A DNA stretch of 27,441 bases, counting the filler, from an uncultured virus (IMG/VR IMGVR_UViG_2049941000_000131) (Duplodnaviria; Heunggongvirae; Uroviricota; Caudoviricetes). It is 4 parts of one record of this genome, joined end to end, with 100 filler letters (N's around TTAATTAATTAA, not from the genome) between each part and the next. Parts side by side here need not be neighbours in the genome. Positions count along the whole stretch, not along the records: positions 13,453 to 27,441 come from IMGVR_UViG_2049941000_000131; 3 more parts are not named here. The stretch is one strand, 5' to 3'. The number at the start of each line of letters is the position of its first letter. The first letter of the stretch is position 1. Below are positions 24,790-27,441 of this stretch, piece by piece. The notes below the pieces were generated by a model, which saw nothing but the letters and a program-made list of their open reading frames with translations, ran no database searches and was not told where the DNA came from. The position numbers were made by a program, and so were the translations under genes.

Positions 24790-25862
24790 TTAGCCCGTGT
24801 ATTCTGTTGTGTCCACATCAACATATACGCTGTCAATATTGCCGTCCTTACCGTTGGGGAAAGTGAACACATCGGATAATGCGCGGTTCTGATAAAGCCA
24901 GCCGTCACCCTTTGTATGCGAACCGGGGGCAAAGTAATAAATGCTTGAGATTTTAGGAACAGCTTTTGTTGTTTCTGGTGTTGCAATCAAAACATTGATT
25001 TTACGTGAACCGGGAGTTGTTTTTTCGTAGTAAGTTGCAATATTGCTTACGTTGGGAGAAGCAACAGCCGTATAAGTATACGCTCCCTCGGAACCTGAAC
25101 GAGTGTAATAAGTTTTTCCGGTAACAAGTGCTGCGTCTGTAGTTTTGGCATAAACAGCAGCAGCCGGTTCAAAACCACCGTCCTCAGGATCAAAATTAAA
25201 ACGGTCATAAAAGCGTTCATCGTCAATTACTTCCATGAGCGGCACACCGTCAATGTCAGTAATTCTCGTCTGAATACCAAGACCGCCCTCTGCAATCTGC
25301 GTCATTTCGATTTTGCGGGTAAACTCGGTTGACTGCTCAAGCAAATCCATTACAAGCGACGATACGTACATAATCAGTGACCCGTTAGCTTTGTATCTGC
25401 GGAGTTTTCCCGAATTGAGGAATGTTTTAAGATTGCGGAAAACATTTGCATTGGTGTAAGCTAAAGAAGGAGTAATTGAACTGTATCCCTGCGCAGCCTG
25501 TGCGGTCTGAGCGACCTTTGAGAAAAACAAAGCGTCTATTTCGGGTGAAGCCTGAGTTTTTTCAAATGTCATCGAAACATTCTGAATGCTTGCAGTAGAG
25601 TTTGTTTCATCAACATTTGCCTTATCAATCAAAAATTCAATGTCACGGTCATGTGTCAGAGTAAACGGTACGTCTGTCTGAGTATAGCTGCCTGAGTTCC
25701 AGCCGCCGTTTCTGCTGTGCGGCTTGTATCCGNNNNNNNNNNGAAAGTTTTTGCATCTAAGAATTTAACATTCTGAGTGATGAACGGACTGGTCAAGGTT
25801 TCCTGAATGAGAATATCAAGAAGTTCCTTTTCCCATACTTCTGCATAGTTAAGATTTGGCAT
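24790..25862 (-). CDS. Major capsid protein (small gap near the 5' end)
   Basis: MPNLNYAEVWEKEL... joined across the gap to GYKPHSRNGGWN...FTLTHDRDIEFLIDKANVDETN...GDGWLYQNR; downstream of the scaffold gene. Confidence 0.88.
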
Positions 25863-25882
25863 AATTCATTTCTCCTTTTTTA

Positions 25883-26413
25883 TTAGTTAAACTTATTCCA
25901 ACGCTTCTGAACAGTCGGCTTTTCGGTGCTTCGGCTGTTTGATAATCCGCTTGAAGTTCCTCCTCCGACACGAAAGCCGGTTTTAGATTGTTCCTTGCTT
26001 TGGGATTTCCATTCGGGATACTTTTTTGCAATTTCCTGCAATGCTTTTTTGATATCCAAGTTATCACGCTTTGCCAAACTTTCAGCGAGAATAACAGCAT
26101 CCTCAATCACATCAGTTTTGAAGCCTGTTTTCATTGCTTCAAGCTGAGTTTTTAAGCGGAAATTTTCCTCTCGGAGCTTATTTTCTTCGGACGGTTCGGA
26201 GGATATATCCTCGGGTTCGTTTTCATTGCTTGTATTGCCGTCAGAATTGCCCTCAGGCGGCTTTTTTTGTTCATCGGGTATAGTTTTACCTTTTGGTGTT
26301 TCCTTACTGTCAGCGGCTTGTTTGGGCGGTTTATCCTCCGGTTTTGCAGCATTGTTAGGCTCTGCATTCTCTTCGGTGGTTTCGTCTTCGGGTTTCTTCT
26401 TTTCGTCTGCCAT
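25883..26413 (-). CDS. Capsid scaffolding protein
   Basis: Acidic, low-complexity N-terminus, coiled coil, KKYPEW motif; directly upstream of the capsid gene. Confidence 0.75.
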   Translation of the reverse strand: MADEKKKPEDETTEENAEPNNAAKPEDKPPKQAADSKETPKGKTIPDEQKKPPEGNSDGNTSNENEPEDISSEPSEENKLREENFRLKTQLEAMKTGFKTDVIEDAVILAESLAKRDNLDIKKALQEIAKKYPEWKSQSKEQSKTGFRVGGGTSSGLSNSRSTEKPTVQKRWNKFN

Positions 26414-26447
26414 TTGGTTTACCTCACTTTCGTTAATTTTGGGTATG

Positions 26448-26472
26448 AAAAAAGCACCTTTTCAGGGTGCTT
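26448..26472 (-). terminator. Intrinsic terminator
   Basis: AAGCACC-CTGAAAA-GGTGCTT followed by a T tract, right after the 26471-26797 stop. Confidence 0.8.
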
Positions 26473-26797
26473 AATCGTCATATTTTTCGTATTCATAATC
26501 GCTTGGTTTACTTCGTTCTTCTTCAACATACTTCATATATTTTTGAAACTGTTTTCGAGTAGGTCTGCCATAAATCCTATCTAATGCAAGACCCGATGTT
26601 CTCAGCTGGTCTGCTTCAAAAAACAAGTAATCAAAAGCTTTAAGAATTACTTTGTCAGTTTCTTCTTTTGAAGCTTTTTTCCAATGTCTGCCATTTTCGT
26701 CCCATGCAACAAGAATTTCACCGTTTAGAGCGTGTTTAATTTCGTCTTTTTCGTAGTTAAAAGCACGTCCAAATGTTGTAAAGCTATATTTGCCCAT
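26471..26797 (-). CDS. Hypothetical protein (108 aa), accessory
   Basis: AAGAGGTG RBS; diverged variant fragment at 27365-27441 (TSGLALEKIYGRPTPKHFKKYMKYV). Confidence 0.8.
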   Translation of the reverse strand: MGKYSFTTFGRAFNYEKDEIKHALNGEILVAWDENGRHWKKASKEETDKVILKAFDYLFFEADQLRTSGLALDRIYGRPTRKQFQKYMKYVEEERSKPSDYEYEKYDD

Positions 26798-26811
26798 GTT
26801 TCCACCTCTTT

Positions 26812-27003
26812 TTAATCGCTGTCGGGTTTATTATAATAACATCTTCCGTTATAGAACGCCCCGCATTCACTCTGCTTGCATTCCATGTATTTATAAAACG
26901 TTCTTGTGACTGTTGCTCCTTCTGTAAGAACTTGGTCATCATCGGGATTTTGTTTCCACTCCTGAAATTGTGTTTCACTGCGAAGATTGTAAGGGCAAAT
27001 CAA
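26812..27003 (-). CDS. Small Cys-rich hypothetical protein (63 aa)
   Basis: MICPY...CKQSECGAFYNGRC; AAAGGTG RBS; TTG start. Confidence 0.75.
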   Translation of the reverse strand: MICPYNLRSETQFQEWKQNPDDDQVLTEGATVTRTFYKYMECKQSECGAFYNGRCYYNKPDSD

Positions 27004-27032
27004 TAGAAATCACCTTTTTTTCGGGTATTTAA

Positions 27033-27290
27033 TTATTTATTACTTGTGCCGAGAACGTTTCTTTCTATTCTGTCCTCAACTCTGCGATTCAGCCACATAA
27101 GAGCTTCTTCAATGTGCGTAAGTGCAATTGCATTTTCTCTTGTAGCAAATTCGCCGCTCTGAAATCCTTTCAAACGGTCACGGACAATTTCAAGCAAATC
27201 TGTATCAAGCACACCTAAAACTGACCCCCATTCTTTTCTCTCTCCATTCTGGAACTGAATAACAACATCAACATGCTGTTCAGGATTTTT
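27033..27290 (-). CDS. tad1: Tad1-family anti-Thoeris nucleotide-sponge protein, 3' part
   Basis: Manual translation [85 protein letters not shown]; closely resembles the Clostridium botulinum prophage Tad1 C-terminal half as I recall it; start lost in gap. Confidence 0.85.
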   Translation of the reverse strand, partial: KNPEQHVDVVIQFQNGERKEWGSVLGVLDTDLLEIVRDRLKGFQSGEFATRENAIALTHIEEALMWLNRRVEDRIERNVLGTSNK

Positions 27291-27364
27291 CNNNNNNNNN
27301 NTTCTTCATCATAGCGTTCCGGCAGCTTGTTTTCATACTGTAAATATGCTATATNNNNNNNNNN

Positions 27365-27441
27365 GCAACATACTTCATGTATTTTTTAAAATGTTTTGGG
27401 GTAGGTCTGCCATAAATTTTTTCTAATGCAAGACCTGATGT
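27365..27441 (-). CDS. Variant fragment of the 26471-26797 protein
   Basis: TSGLALEKIYGRPTPKHFKKYMKYV vs TSGLALDRIYGRPTRKQFQKYMKYV. Confidence 0.75.

Noticed and set aside
16376..26584. Many + strand ORFs antisense to structural genes
   Set aside because: Shadow frames of a densely packed minus-strand operon with no RBS or recognisable motifs.

Overview
Gapped draft assembly of a temperate siphophage of a low-GC Firmicute host (probably Clostridia; inferred). At least four scaffolds are joined by artificial 100-bp N44-TTAATTAATTAA-N44 linkers, and fragments of two or three related phage variants are interleaved. 1-7.9 kb: early/lytic operon on the minus strand (RecT, DUF1351-like, ORF6N and BRO-N/KilAC antirepressors, XRE-HTH, small hypotheticals). 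7.9-8.4 kb: divergent genetic switch and cI-like repressor. 8.4-8.9 kb: hairpin- and promoter-rich non-coding region. 9-13.6 kb: two different tyrosine integrases, each followed by an apparently intact attP-like region abutting the endolysin end, plus a second, different repressor fragment. 13.6-26.4 kb: lysis, tail and head genes (holin, BspA-type LRR protein, tape measure, tail chaperones with a -1 frameshift site, major tail, head-tail joining, capsid, scaffold). Highlights missed by the ORF track: a Tad1-family anti-Thoeris sponge gene fragment (27033-27290) heading a small candidate anti-defence cluster; two small amphipathic/membrane peptide genes in the cro position overlapped by a strong antisense promoter; candidate antisense sRNAs between cI and int; palindromes embedded in the variable segments of the antirepressor genes; an IS/MITE-like end interrupting one antirepressor copy. 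All family calls are from motif recognition by eye, without database searches.
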